From positions 744,001 through 808,000 of the forward strand of contig AP026136.1 in assembly GCA_030295235.1 (NCBI GenBank): a stretch of 64,000 nt of DNA, given 5' to 3'. Source of the stretch: Fistulifera solaris (taxonomy: Eukaryota). Below the pieces are notes generated by a model. That model ran no database searches. It had not been told where the DNA came from and was given only the letters and a program-made list of their open reading frames with translations. Below, piece by piece: positions 1 through 12,955 of the stretch (position 1 is the stretch's first letter; every line of letters starts with the position of its first letter). A program made the position numbers and the translations under genes.

Positions 1-1915
1 GGTTAAGAGAACTAGACGAACAACGACGGAATCTGGTTACCTTGGCAGACTATACTGCTTCCATTGTCGTGCCTTCATTTTCCTTTTTAATACTGGGAGC
101 TTTCATGATGAGTGTGATACCTCACTTCGAAGCACGATGCGTGTCGTTAGTTGCCACAATGGACCCCAGCAGGCCGAAATTGATCAAAGCACTGATGGGT
201 TTGGGAGTCAGCACGACTCTCTGTGCCTATTTCACTGGAATGCGCGGTACTCTATTTTGGATTGCCGGTACACGCGTCAATTATAATGTTCGCGTGAAAC
301 TGCATCGTAATTTGTTGCTTCAAGAAGCTGCTTTTTATGACTCCAATGAGACGGGATATTTGTTGAGTCGTCTCAACAACGACGTCAACAAGATTGGGAA
401 TGTGGTATCATATCACGTTAATGTCGTCTTCCGCCAATTGGCTCAATTCATTTTTGGAAGCATTTATTTGCTCAAAATAGCTCCTCGACTTGCTCTTTAC
501 GCATTTGGAGGTATCGCACTCGTTGGTTGGATTTCGATGATTTACGGTAAATTCAACCGTTACCTAAGGTGAGTTTAAAGGAGAGGATTCCGTGGTTTTC
601 TGTTCAAACGCGTTCTAATCGCCTGCAATAGTCAAAAAGTACAAGATAGTTTTGCTGACGGTACAGCTGTAGCAGAAACATCTTTCTCAATGTCGGAGAC
701 CATTCGCGCCTTTGATGGGGTTGCAGTTGAATCAGAGAAATATGAGAATGCGCAACACAAGGCTCTTGAGCTAGAAGAGGTGCAAGCATGGGGTTACGGG
801 ACGCATAAATTTATCAGTGACGGTCTACAATATGCCTTGAAGACACTGTTATTGTTTGCTTGCTGGAGAGCTGGGCTAAACGGTAACTTGCCTGCGTCGC
901 AGCTCACTGCGTTTTTGTTTTATACCGATTTCGTTCTGGAATCGTCGAATGAAGTTGGCGACCAATGGGCAAAGATTCAGGGTGCATTTGGAGCGAGTAC
1001 AAGTGTCTTTGAACTGATTCGTCGCATTCCGGCAGTGCGTGATCCACCACGAGCACGGGGGCTGATTCTGCCGCTAGCGGATTGCTAGTAAATGGTGCAA
1101 CAGCATCCAAACCGATCGTAACCCTCGACGACGTGACATTGAAATATGAGGCAATGGAGTCCCCTGCTCTCACTCATGTAAATCTAGGCATTCATGCGGG
1201 TGACCGCGTTGCCATTGTTGGAAGGAGCGGCAGTGGGAAATCAAGCATTCTTCGCAGTATACTCCGCTTTTACGATCCCAATGAGGGAAAAATTGAAATT
1301 GGGGGTAAGAACCTTAAGGATATGTCCCGAAAGGAGTTGGCGTCATTACTTGCGCTTGTTTCGCAAGAACCTGATCTTTTCCCTATGACTTTAATGGAGA
1401 ATGTATTATACGGTATGGATAAAGATGCGACCGACTCGGTCACCGGCGAACAATGTTATAGCGACGACCTTCGAAAGAGAACAGAGCAATGTTTGCTGCT
1501 GTCGGGGCTACCAGTCGGGCCTGGCAACGATCTGAATTTGACGCTGGACACCCGAGTCGGAGAAGGTGGCCGCGGACTGTCTGGTGGCCAAAGACAGCGA
1601 GTTGCTATCGCTCGTGCATTGATAAGATCTCCCACAGTACTTCTTCTGGATGAACCCACTTCGGCGTTAGATTCTCAATCGGAAAAATGCGTGCTGACTG
1701 CTTTACAGACTGCTCTAGAAAACTGCAAATGCATGGTAATGGTGACACATCGTCTCGGGGCGGTGCGTTCACTAGGTGTCAATCGTGTGATCGTGATGGA
1801 GAAGGGTGCTATTGTAGAATCTGGACATCCCGAACAGCTTCTTCGAGACAAGGATAGCCTATACACTTTGCTAGCGCGAGAGCAAGGAATTGTGGCCCAG
1901 AGTATCGAAACATAA
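1..1915 (+). CDS. ABCB/TAP-like half-size ABC transporter (TMD + NBD), 5' end outside the window
   Basis: Frame open from the window start. TMD motifs 'LLLQEAAFYD' and 'GYLLSRLNNDV'. GT-AG intron 569-631. 1-nt indel in the G run at ~1057-1061. NBD with Walker A GRSGSGKS, signature LSGGQRQR, Walker B LLLDEPTSALD and H-loop VTHRL. Confidence 0.92.
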
Positions 1916-2487
1916 GATAACAGCTTTGATTTTGCCTGTAACGAAATAGAGCTGTAAGTAGAAGTTGTTTGTGCTTCGAAACGTTTTGGCATTTGAGCGA
2001 GCAGTGGGCAATATTGTGAGCTTGCATTCGCGTCACAAACAAGAAACTCCGCCGACTATCAACTATATTGATCATTTAATGTAATGACTGTGGCTTGGAT
2101 TTTTGAAAATATTTTTTTAGAAAAAGATCTCCTTGCATCAGTTTGAGCGTCGAAAACTTTTTGACCTTAGTTTTATTATGGTGAGCGAGCGTGGCTTTGC
2201 CGCTCAGTTGAGAGCAAGATTTCTGGTTTCACGTTTCGCATCTATTCCATTAAAGTTTTGTATATGCAGTGCTCAATGTAGACGTCAGCATTTTCCGTTT
2301 CTGCAAAGCTGCACGCTTCGTCCGCATGAGAAGTGAGAACGGCACACACAACACAAAAATGCCTCTGTCCGCTTCTATTCTTTCTTCCTCCAATAAATTC
2401 CGATCGAACCCTTTTCTTGCAGATAATAATAAACATTGAAAGGAAGAGAACGCGAGCAGTTATCACTCGCCTTGTTAATTAGAAGGG

Positions 2488-3468
2488 ATGGAATTAGTGA
2501 AGTTGAGCGTTTTTGCGCTAACTACTTGGTTGATTTCTCATCTCGGCCCATCTGTCTCGGCATTCTCGTTCCGGCCCCTATACTCTCGCCATCGACCCGT
2601 TTGGTCGACGAGGACAACCGATGTCGAGGATCCTCATTTAACGGCAGAAAGATTATTTGAGTCAGCAGAATTTTTGGAAGTTGTTCTTTCGGAGCACAAG
2701 CCGCTTGGTTGCACCGTGGAAGAGAGCTTAGCTGCGGCCATCATTGAATTAGGCGACAAGACACAAATGAAACTCGACTACGTGTTTTTAAGTGCAGTAA
2801 AACCGGGAGGAAACGCGGAGAAGGCTGGATTGCTCGTCGGTGATGTTGTGGTGGGTGTTACTGGAATTTTCGGACTTTTGGAAAACGTTGTGGGGCTTGG
2901 CATTGACAAAGTGTAAGAAACGCTGTGTAGTTTCGTCATGGTTTTCTTGTAACTCTCATTTCCAAGTTATTATCTAATATACAGAAGAGGTCTAGTAGCG
3001 GCACGTTCCGAAGATCAGCCGCTTACAATACGGGTGGCTCGAGGAACCTCGGTTTTGAATGACCATGAACGAGCACTAGTTGACTTATGCAGCGACCCAA
3101 CTCTGGATGGCAAAGAAACCGAGGAATGTATTGTATCCTTCTTAAAGCAAGGGTATGAAACAGATAATGAGACAGGTGATGATAATAACTCGGAGGTTGA
3201 GATAGGCGAGGTACAAAATTTCGTCAATGGTGCTAATGATGGATCCTTGAACGGATCGAATCAGGTAGAAGAGGAAGACTTGATCGGAAACATGCTCAAC
3301 ATGTGGGCTGAAGATGTGGATTTACCCGTATCAAAGACTGTAGATTCTACATTACCAGCAAAGGAAGAGATTGCCGCCAAACCCAAGCCATGGAGTTCAC
3401 GCTCGTCCCCGTCCGGGACATTTGTCCGTGATCCCAGGACGGGCGAAATGCGCAACATCGATTCATAA
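2488..3468 (+). CDS. PDZ-domain protein with probable bipartite plastid presequence
   Basis: Signal peptide ending 'VSA-FSF'. PDZ-like 'KPLGCTVEE...VKPGGNAEKAGLLVGDVVVGV'. Intron 2913-2984 joins in frame (KV|RGLVAA). Acidic C-terminal half. Confidence 0.7.
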
Positions 3469-3551
3469 CCGACAAGAGCATCCGTCGATTCACTAATGGA
3501 CAAATATGATCATAGATGCAATGACTAACTTTGCGAAAAATGTTTTAGAAA

Positions 3552-5900
3552 TTAAACCTTGTCGAAAAAGTGCGCCCATTTCGCGAGTTTTTCCTTTAGT
3601 TTAGGGACGAAAAATTCTTCGACTTTCTGGTTCACATAACAGTTGTAGGCCCAACCATCGTCAGTAGCGTTGTTTGTGTTCTGTTGTGATGTGTCTTCAG
3701 GCCATGGTATACCCAGTCGACAAAGCCCTTGCTTCCTTTTCGGAAGCTTTTGGCTCTCAATACTGCAGGCACGTTCCCATCCTGCCGTGTCTTGTCTGGC
3801 GACTGCTTTCGTGTGGATCATCAAACCCTCTTCTTTTCGTTGGCAAAACGTTGTCGAGGATCTGGGAAGGCGCGATTTTTCCATCGGAAACCTTCCTTGA
3901 TGTACTCTGTTCTGTTTTTCTCCGACAGCTGCGTCACTGCCGAGTAATGGACAAAGTGCTGGAGCACGTAATCTGACGTGTACAGTTGCTTTTCGGCCGG
4001 CATGGTTGATGTCTTTTCACCAGGCTTCTGTCGGTCACAGTTGTACGCTTGTAACATGGTATTCGAAAGAGGAACTCTGAGATCAAAACAAGGTTCGTTA
4101 CTCCAACATACTTCTTTGTCGTTAATCGGCTCCGGTGTTTCCACAAACTTCCATCGAGGCCAAGCGCGCCAGGAACCAAAGGAAACGATTTTTGTTCCCT
4201 CCTCTTCTAACTCGTCCAACAATGAGGTAACGTTATTGTGCTTCCCCATGGGCACCAAATACTCGTCAATGTCAAATTGACCGATCCAGTCCACATGCGG
4301 GCCGAATCGCAAACGACAAGACGACTCGGCCGCATACTGCGATGAACGCTCCCCGACACTATCCACATTGTTTGGATTGTTGTTGCAGATCTTGGCTGGC
4401 CAAGGAATATAAGTTATTTTGCCCGGAAACAGATCCACAATAGGCTTTAAGGACGATTCGGCACTGAATGCTCCGGAATTGTCATAAACATAAAAGTGAT
4501 CAAATCCCAGGATTGAATTGTAACTGATCCATTCCAACAATCTCCTTTGACCATCATTGATAGCGAAGCGATTACCGCGCGTCGCATACCCCGAGGAAGC
4601 CCACAGACACGATACTAAACGGTGCTTTTTCAAAGGCTCGTCGGGCGACACAACCGCATTTTCCGTGTCCTCATTTTCATTGTAGGGTCCGTAGGTCATG
4701 AGCGACGGCTTACAAATGGGAATATTTTCCCAGCGACCAGAATCTTCGATGCGGGGTAAAATATGTTCCTTCCCCCAGACTTGATCGGGATCAAAACGGA
4801 CCGCGGGATTTTTGTCGTTAAATTCGTCGTATTGTGGCACCAAATACTGGTTCGGGGGTCCCCAACGAGGGCCAGTGCGGATAGGAATCAGATCCACAAA
4901 TAACGAAGCCCAATCATCCTGCACTGTTTCACCGGTACGGATCTGTTCTTGCAGTGATTCGGGCACGGGACAGCGAAAGATCAATTGAGTCGTGTGAATT
5001 TGTTTGATGCCACCATCGTCTTCGGCAAAACTGACTTTGTAGTGTTTACGATATGACGCCCAGTCATAATCAAAATTGTACACACTCAAAGTTTCCTCCA
5101 TCGATGGTTTGAAGCGACAAATAAAGCGCGTCGCCATGGCATCAGGATCCGCGTCATCGTGCGAGGCCAATCGGTAACGACCCTCCTCCATCCGTTTCAC
5201 CGACACGTGCTGAAATAAGGACGCCTGTGGAGCCATGTGTGCCAAAATATCCTTCTCTTTCGATCCCGTCCGACAACGACGTTTGTTTTGGGTCACGAAT
5301 TGAATGTATTTTCCGTCGGCTGTGGGAAAGACATCATGAATCCACGGCAAAAGGGATCTTCGTCCGTCGGCGGATCGTCCATGGGCCATTGTTGCGTCAG
5401 TTTCGAACAAGAAGACAGCCGCGTGTACGAAACCTTCTTGAGTCGATCGGCTTTGGCGGTTCGTCGAAGCGGCAGAGGTTGTACTTTCCAGTCGTCGTAG
5501 TTGAGAGGTTCTAAATAAGCCTGCAAGACGTTTTCCGGTGCTGGATGTTGTTGAATGGGTGGATCATCCATATACAAAATGGGGGCATCTTTCGGGTCAA
5601 GTTCTACCAAGTGATCCGGTTCAACTCCGGCACCAAATTCTAATTCGAGATGATGTCGTCGTACCGGGTCTTTTTGTTTTTCACAGAATCCTGTGTGGTC
5701 GTGCGCAGCGATATCGGTGAATTCTGTTTCTCGTTGGCTTCTTGCTGTGATGAGGACAAACTCGAACGGGCCACGTAAAGAATCATGATTAAATATCCCA
5801 TACCGAGGCACAGTAAGATGACGCCAATGAACACTGCTCGCATCCCCCGCTTCTTACGTCTCCGCAACGCCATAGATCGATTCGTCGCGACGCCCACCAT
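3552..5900 (-). CDS. Type II membrane glycosyltransferase, GT92/DUF23-like
   Basis: Basic N-tail followed by a TM (RAVFIGVILLCLGMGYLIMILY). Motifs 'LLEWISYNSILGFDHFYVYDN' and DxD 'WIGQFDIDEYLVP'. Four ORF fragments joined across indels at ~5670, ~5350 and ~3835. Confidence 0.75.
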
Positions 5901-6736
5901 AAATGAAATCAAGTGCTATACACTAAAAATAAAAAAAAGATATTTCGGAGAGCAAATACTTGTAAACTGCTCTGAGAACAAGCCATCGAAAAGCGACCTT
6001 CGAGGCGGTCATTTTGTTGTTGATCATCAAAGTCTTTCTTGTGTTGAGTCCTGCTAACCGAAATAAGGTTAGGGCTCAAAGGCAATGCGGTCGAGCGGTC
6101 GCGGGTCGATCAATGCCAGGACTGATTTTTATTTCAGTCGGAGAAAAGTCAAGCCTACATTTCGAGAGATACTCAAATTGACGTGGATTTCAACGAATTG
6201 CAAAACAACGGCAAAAAAGTCGTACATTATTTCATCAACAGTAGCATGATACTCAAAACATGACTTCTTTGCGTTAAGACTGCAATAAGACTTGGAACTA
6301 ACATCCATAACGAATAATCCTGCCTTGCACTCCTGGAAATTAAAGTCGTAAAATTATACCATAGTTCCCAAGTGTATCCTGTTTTTCTCCAAGACTGACC
6401 TCCTGTCGTGAGTCACGAATATTGTAGGTTCGGTTCGTCATGTTTTTCTTCTCGAAAGAAATATAATGGTTTCTACAATCTACCGGTACTTATGACTTAT
6501 GATTCTATTTGAAAAGAGCGTAAGCCAAGCGAACTGGATAGGAAGAGAGGATCCGTTGTCCAACAGTTCTCTGTAGAACCACTGCACAACTTTATCCGCA
6601 AACGGAAATTAAAGGCTTAATGAATGAATCGTTGTTGTGATTACAAAGATAAGAGCTGATAATTCGGATGAATGCTTGGGTATTACTGATGGATTTTTTG
6701 TTCGTTTGTTGGATCGTTGGATGCGCGAATACATGA

Positions 6737-6843
6737 CACGTGACTTGCATTTCGTGACTACGGAAAATGGACCTCACCTTAACCTTACTTGGGCTTCCAA
6801 ACGACCACCAGCACCAGCACCTTCACGTGTTTTCTTGACGTCA
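6737..6843. promoter_or_regulatory. Cluster of ACGT-core elements upstream of ftsH (CACGTG 6737-6742, CACGTG 6824-6829, TGACGTCA 6836-6843)
   Basis: Motifs read directly, 370-480 nt upstream of the FtsH ATG. Function is inferred only. Confidence 0.35.
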
Positions 6844-7214
6844 GCGAGAAGAGATGAAGTTCTGGATGTCTACTTAATTGTCTATACTCGTTGCAGATCT
6901 TCACGCTGACTCACTGATTTGGATATTATGCAGATGACACTTTTCGGCATAGTCAGCTTTGGATCGATCCTTCTTGTTTTTATGCAGCAAACGAGGGTCG
7001 ACCTTCATTCAACTTCTGCGTTGGTCATTCGGATGATCACGTCTCTCGCTCCAGAAACGACACCAGCCTTATTCCATTGTGATACAGTTTGCATTCGTGT
7101 TGACGATCGAATCATTGTGCCGAGTCAACAAAGAGGAAGACATTGATTACTTTCTCTCTCACTCTTCAGTCATAATTAACAACAACATCCTACCAACAAT
7201 TATAAACTACAACC

Positions 7215-9393
7215 ATGAAATTTTCTCTTGCCGTCGTATCCGGTCTCTTCTTCGCCGACCACGCGCTCGCATTTGTGAATCCTTCTTCACCACTCCATGT
7301 CAAGAGTCGATTGCACATGGCCGCCGATATGCCGCCGGCCAACAATAACTTGCCGGTCGTGCAAGCCAATCCGTACGGACAGCCTTCGGATGTACGATAT
7401 TCGGACTTTCTTCGTCTCGTCAATGGCGACCGCATTGAGAAGGTGACCTTCAGTTCCGATGGCACTCAACTTTTGGGTGTCGATGTAGACGGTGTTCGTC
7501 TGAAGATTGAAGCTCTTCCCAACGATCCGGATCTTCTCACGCAACTCACAGCGCACAAGGTAAGCCTTTGTGGTGTGTGTGTGTGATTATGGGTTCTCGT
7601 TCGTGGAAAAGAATTGCATCCAATTACTCACCTCACTTTGCTTCATATTCCTTTACATTTATAGGTCGATGTGACAGTCCTTCCGACACAAGAAGCTAGT
7701 GGTCTCGGTGAACTCGCACAGAGTCTCATTTTCCCGGCCATTCTTTTGCCGGTCTCTTTTTTCCTCAGCCGCCGTTCCGGCGGGGTCGGTGGTATGGGCG
7801 GCCCCGGAAATCCCATGGGATTCGGAAAGAGCAAGGCACAGATTCAAATGGTTCCCGATACGGGGGTTACCTTTGATGATGTCGCCGGTTGTGACGGGGC
7901 CAAGTTGGAACTGGCCGAAGTTGTGGACTTTTGAAACAGCCGGAAGCCTACACCAAGAATGGATGCCGCATCCCCCGTGGTGTCATCTTGGATGGACCGC
8001 CCGGTACGGGTAAGACTCTTCTCGCCAAGGCGGTCGCGGGAGAAGCGGGTGTTCCCTTCATTAGTATCTCGGGTTCCGAGTTTGTGGAAATGTTCGTCGG
8101 TGTCGGTGCGTCTCGTGTTCGTGACATTTTCTCTCAGGCCCGAAAGAATGCTCCCTGCATAATCTTTATTGATGAGATTGATGCCGTCGGTCGCCAGCGT
8201 GGTGCCGGATATGCTGGGGGTAATGATGAGCGTGAGCAGACGGTGAACCAAATTCTCGTCGAAATGGATGGTTTCGACGGAAACCCGGGTATCATCACCA
8301 TTGCTGCTACCAACCGCGTGGATATCTTGGATCAAGCCTTACTGCGACCGGGCCGTTTTGATCGCAAGGTCACGGTTGATCTTCCTGATTTCAAGGGCCG
8401 CACTCGCATCTTGGGCGTTCATTCCCGAGGCAAGCCTCTCGAACCCGATGTCGATTTGGAAGCCATCTCCCGTCGTACGCCCGGTTTTTCGGGTGCCCAA
8501 TTGGAGAACTTGATGAATGAGGCGGCCATTGCTGCGGCACGTGCCAACAAGTCAACGATTGGCTGGGAACAGATTGATGGTGCCGTCGACCGTATCATGG
8601 TCGGACTGGAGAAGAAGGGTGGCAACCCCCAGTTGAAGCAGAAAGAGTTGGTAGCATATCACGAGGCCGGTCACGCCATTGTGGGTGCCTTGGTTCCCGA
8701 TTACGATCAAGTGCAAAGATTAGCATCATCCCGCGTTCCAACGGTGCGGGTGGTTTGACCTTCTTTGCCCCTCAAGAGTCTCGTTTGGAATCGGGTATGT
8801 ACAGTCGCCAGTATTTGGAATCCCAGTTGGCGGTTGCTTTAGGAGGTCGCTTGGCGGAAGAATTAATTTACGGAGAAGACATGGTCACCACGGGTGCCTC
8901 GAATGACATTCAACAGGTGGCCAACATTGCTAAGCGCATGGTACGTTAGACATGTTCAAGAAAGGAATGATTCATTTTAGTCAACCTTTTCTCATCCAAT
9001 CTTTTTGAAATTTTGTCACAGGTCAAGGAGTGGGGAATGAGTGACAAGGTCGGTCGCATCGCCCTTTCTGATCCATCGGGCCGTGGCCCTTTCATGGGAC
9101 TTCGTATGATGCGAAGACAAACTATGTGGGGAAACAAGATCATGGGCACTGTTGAGGAAGAAGTCGAACGTCTGGTTAACAACTCTTACTTGATTGCTAA
9201 GAAGATCTTGTCCGAGAACAAGGAGCTCTTGGAGCACTTGAAGAACGAATTGATGGAGCGTGAAGTTGTCTCTGCTGAAGAATTCCAGATGATGCTTGTT
9301 CAGTTCAAGGCCCGCACCATTGACTACGCCATTGTAGGCGCCGATAGGAACCGCGATCAGCTTCCTTTCCAGTCGATGCCGGCTTCTGTTTAA
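7215..9393 (+). CDS. ftsH: Nucleus-encoded plastid-targeted FtsH ATP-dependent zinc metalloprotease (FtsH1/5-like)
   Basis: Signal peptide with 'ALA-FVNP' junction. Walker A GPPGTGKT, Walker [37 protein letters not shown] zinc motif. Introns 7560-7664 and 8941-9021. Indels at ~7930 and ~8716, plus a compensating pair at ~7745/7760. Confidence 0.96.
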
Positions 9394-9665
9394 AAGAAGG
9401 AAAGAGCATTTTTTCTCTTTGTCCTTTTACTTGATCCTGACATTCTCTTTAGTTAGATGTCGATGCACTTTATGCAGACTAAATTACTCTATAAAAAATC
9501 TTGTCGATAATTTATCTTTGTTTCACAATCAGTGTGGATGAAAATGCTATCAAACCATGTTTTTTTTCAAACAATCGAATGAGATAAGGGGATGTAAGAA
9601 CGAAAACGGCTCTCATGTTTTATTACAGTCAGAAAATCAAGGGATGACAAACCGACTCTATATTC

Positions 9666-10200
9666 TTATCCATTAACAATTTTGTTGATGTCTGAGAAGC
9701 ATGTTCTCCATTCCAACGAGATGTAAGTGTGCGTGAGTTCTTCATCCTTCTCAATATCCCGCTCGGCGTAGATTTCGAAGCGATTTTCGTCAAAGAATCG
9801 CACCATTTTAGTATTGGCTTTTCCCGTCTTGTCGGTGTTGTAGTACGCCGAGCAACCCGAGCCCATTCCCCACGTCTTGTTGGGGCGCTCCGTGGACCAG
9901 GTGAACACATAAGGGCATTCATTGCCATCAAAACCGTCGGGAAGAATTCTCATGAGACCTTTTTCCACAAGCTCGCCTAATCAATGGGAACAAATGCGAT
10001 TCAAATGTAAGGGATAAAGGTCTCAATAGAGAAAGAAAAGCCATTTCTATTATAGTGAATGTGAAAAAATGACACGTACCTTTCTTGATGGGCACAGCGG
10101 CAAAGGCTCCGTCAAATTCCCCCGTTTCCTCATTGGAAAAGGTTGATTTCTTGACGTAAACTTTTGTGCAGTCAATCTTTGTGTCGGGATGAGAAGCCAT
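9666..10200 (-). CDS. Small stand-alone SET-domain protein (143 aa)
   Basis: Exons 10080-10200 and 9666-9976 (intron 9977-10079, GT-AG). SET motifs 'GAFAAVPIKKGELV', a divergent NHS-equivalent 'YYNT...AN', and 'IYAERDIEKDEELTHTY'. Confidence 0.85.
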
Positions 10201-10935
10201 CGTTGCTACTGTGATAAAATAATGCAAAAGGCTGTTTCAAAACAAAGCTGATGAGTATGCGGCGTTTATCGGTGCACCAAAATTATTAGGCGCAAAATCC
10301 TCCCTGCATCTTTCCGCTCTCCGCTCACCTCCACCACACAAAATTGAATCCGTTCACGAGCTACATTCCGTGCCGACGAGGGTTCTCGGATTCCTTTTGA
10401 CGGACGACGAACACGCCTTCGCGGTTCGCTTTGAGGGCATTTTCAGTCTTGGCTAACAATTTACTGTAAAGAATAGAGGTGCCTTAAAGTTCGCAGCGGT
10501 ACCGAAGCGATACCTTCTGTACTCTCCACTATCGCAGAGGAGACGGATTGTAGGAATGACGCGTGATTGAATATACCTCTCAACAAGATAGTGAGAAGTG
10601 TGCGAACCAGTAGCACGTATCAGTAGCTGGTCTCTTTATCAGTGGTTACAGTTATGATGTAAAAAGTAGAATCATCATCACAACGCGCTGCCAAATTTGG
10701 AAAACAACTTGTTTTGGTGATAAAGAAAAGCGAGGAAGCACGTTCAAGACTTCAAGGGCGCTGCTTCTCTGTCTGTAACCAGGTGACGAGCAACAAGGTG
10801 GAGTCATTATTCGTCGTCGCTCTGATTGCAATAAAAAGAAAGGTGTTCCATTGAGGTGGGTAAGGAAACAGCCATCCCTTAAACGGCAGCGTATTACGTA
10901 TTTTATCGACAAGTAGAGAAAGGAGAAAACAAGCT

Positions 10936-12569
10936 ATGAGCAGCATCAACGCGAAACCAGATTATCATTCACCGCAACGTTTGAGAGCAAAACTGAATCA
11001 TTTCCTGGATGACAGCGGGCGTCAACAGCCGAAAACTAATATTGCAGATGCATCGGCTCTGGCGCTGTTTACGGTAGATGAATCAGACACATCCGTGCAA
11101 ATGGAGGATATGTTTCCGATCGGCGAAATAAAGAGAGTATCGCCTTCCTCGCCACATAAGTATTCGGGCTTGTCACATTACTTGACCAAGGCGCAACTCA
11201 CTCCCAATCGCAAGTCACGAATGTCAGGAGACAACTCCTTGCAATCCGTCTCCTTAGATTCCTCCTTCTCTTCTTCCTTTTATGAATGTGATGATGACTC
11301 GTCTTCGAATTTAGACAGAAGTAGCCAATCACCGGATTCGACTCGACGAAGGAAACGGGCGTCTCTGCGACAAGACGCTTACCGGCAAATTCCTACATTT
11401 ACTTGGAGACGAGAATCGGTGATTCACAACGGGCGTCGCAAATTTAATTTTGTTCCAGTGGAGGATGATGGTATCGATCATGACATTAATTTGAACGATT
11501 TGCGCAAGCACCGATTGCTCGGCGAAGGACTTTTCGGGCAAGTATGGCTTGCTTCGAGCAAAAGCCGGCCTTATGCCGTCAAAGTTCAATCGAAATACGA
11601 ATTGGCGGAGGGTGCCAAAATCGAGTTTGCGGTTCGTGAAAAGAAATCATGTCACGCATGAAACATCCGTTTATCATTCGTCTGGTCAAGGCATATCAAG
11701 ACCACCAGTTCATCTATCTGATTATGGATTTTGTGAAAGGCGGAGAGCTCTGGAGTTTGTTACACCCTTGTACGGACAATGTGGATACGGTGGCGTTGCC
11801 CGAGAGGCAATCCAAATTTTACACTTTGTGTCTTGCCGATGCCGTTGTTTACATTCACAAACGCAAATATATTTTCAGGGATTTGAAGCCAGGTGCGTAA
11901 AGATTTGTATGAGAACAAGTGAAAATTGTGTGTTCTTATTTTGAAAGCTCAACTCAATTGTTTCTATTGGTGTTCTTAGAGAATATACTGATTGATGCTG
12001 CTGGGTACCCTGTGCTGGTGGATTTTGGATTGGCAAAACGACTAGAGCGCGGAGAAAAAACGTACACAACGGTCGGCACCCCAGCGTATTGCTCTCCCGA
12101 AATAATTAATGGCGATGGTCACACCCGATGCACAGACTACTGGAGCTTGGGAATTATTGCGTATGAGATGTTGATGGGAGGAAATCCTTTTTCGTTTGAA
12201 GGAATTGATCAGTTCTCACTTTATCGGGCTATTTCTGAAGATGATTATCCGCCAATTAAGAATGTTACCGAGGACGCCGTCGACTTTATCCGACGAATGT
12301 TAATCAAGGACCCCATCAAACGACTCGGCGCTCGCAGTCCCAAAGATGTTTTGAACCACGAGTGGTTCGACGATTTCGATTTAACAGCTATCCGACGCCG
12401 GAAAATTAAAGCTCCGTGGGTGCCAGAACTTAGTGATCCTTTGGATTCATCGCACTTTGATGACTGGAGTGATTTAGACGATAAGTCCACTCACACATTT
12501 CCTGAGATCGACCACAAAGACGAGACGCTATTTGACTCCTTCCCTTTGACTTCCCAGTCCTTTCATTAA
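10936..12569 (+). CDS. AGC-group Ser/Thr protein kinase (PKA/PKG catalytic-like) with Ser-rich N-terminal extension
   Basis: GEGLFGQV, YAVK, RDLKPEN (across intron 11893-11979), DFG, GTPAYCSPE, AGC tail 'APWVP...DSSHFD'. Indel at ~11641-11646. Confidence 0.92.
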
Positions 12570-12955
12570 AGAAGATATATTGTAGTTAAAACAATATAAT
12601 CGGTGAGCGCTAAGAAGCGGTCCAAGCTAGAGACGTCTAAGTCTAAGGATGTAGACTCGTCGTCCACTGTTGATTTCAGTATCTTGACCATGACTAAAAT
12701 TCAGTCGTGGCGGCGTCCTGTACTCAAACTAAAAGCAAGTGAAAGATAACTTTACCCTTAGGGGGAAACTCGACGCCAGCACACGTGGAGGGTGGAGGTT
12801 TGGTGATGATTTTTATTTGCGATTTGCGAGGGCCAAGGAAATACGGAGTAAAAATTTTCGACCAAAGAATGATGAAGCACAAAGTGCTATCAACGCTTGT
12901 CGTTTCCCCCTACATTGAGCACAAAATACATATTACCGGCACAATCGTCTTTCCG

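Noticed and set aside
5950..7200. Short ORFs or ncRNA in the GT92-ftsH intergenic region
   Set aside because: No coding motifs or recognisable RNA-gene signatures; interpreted as a divergent promoter region.
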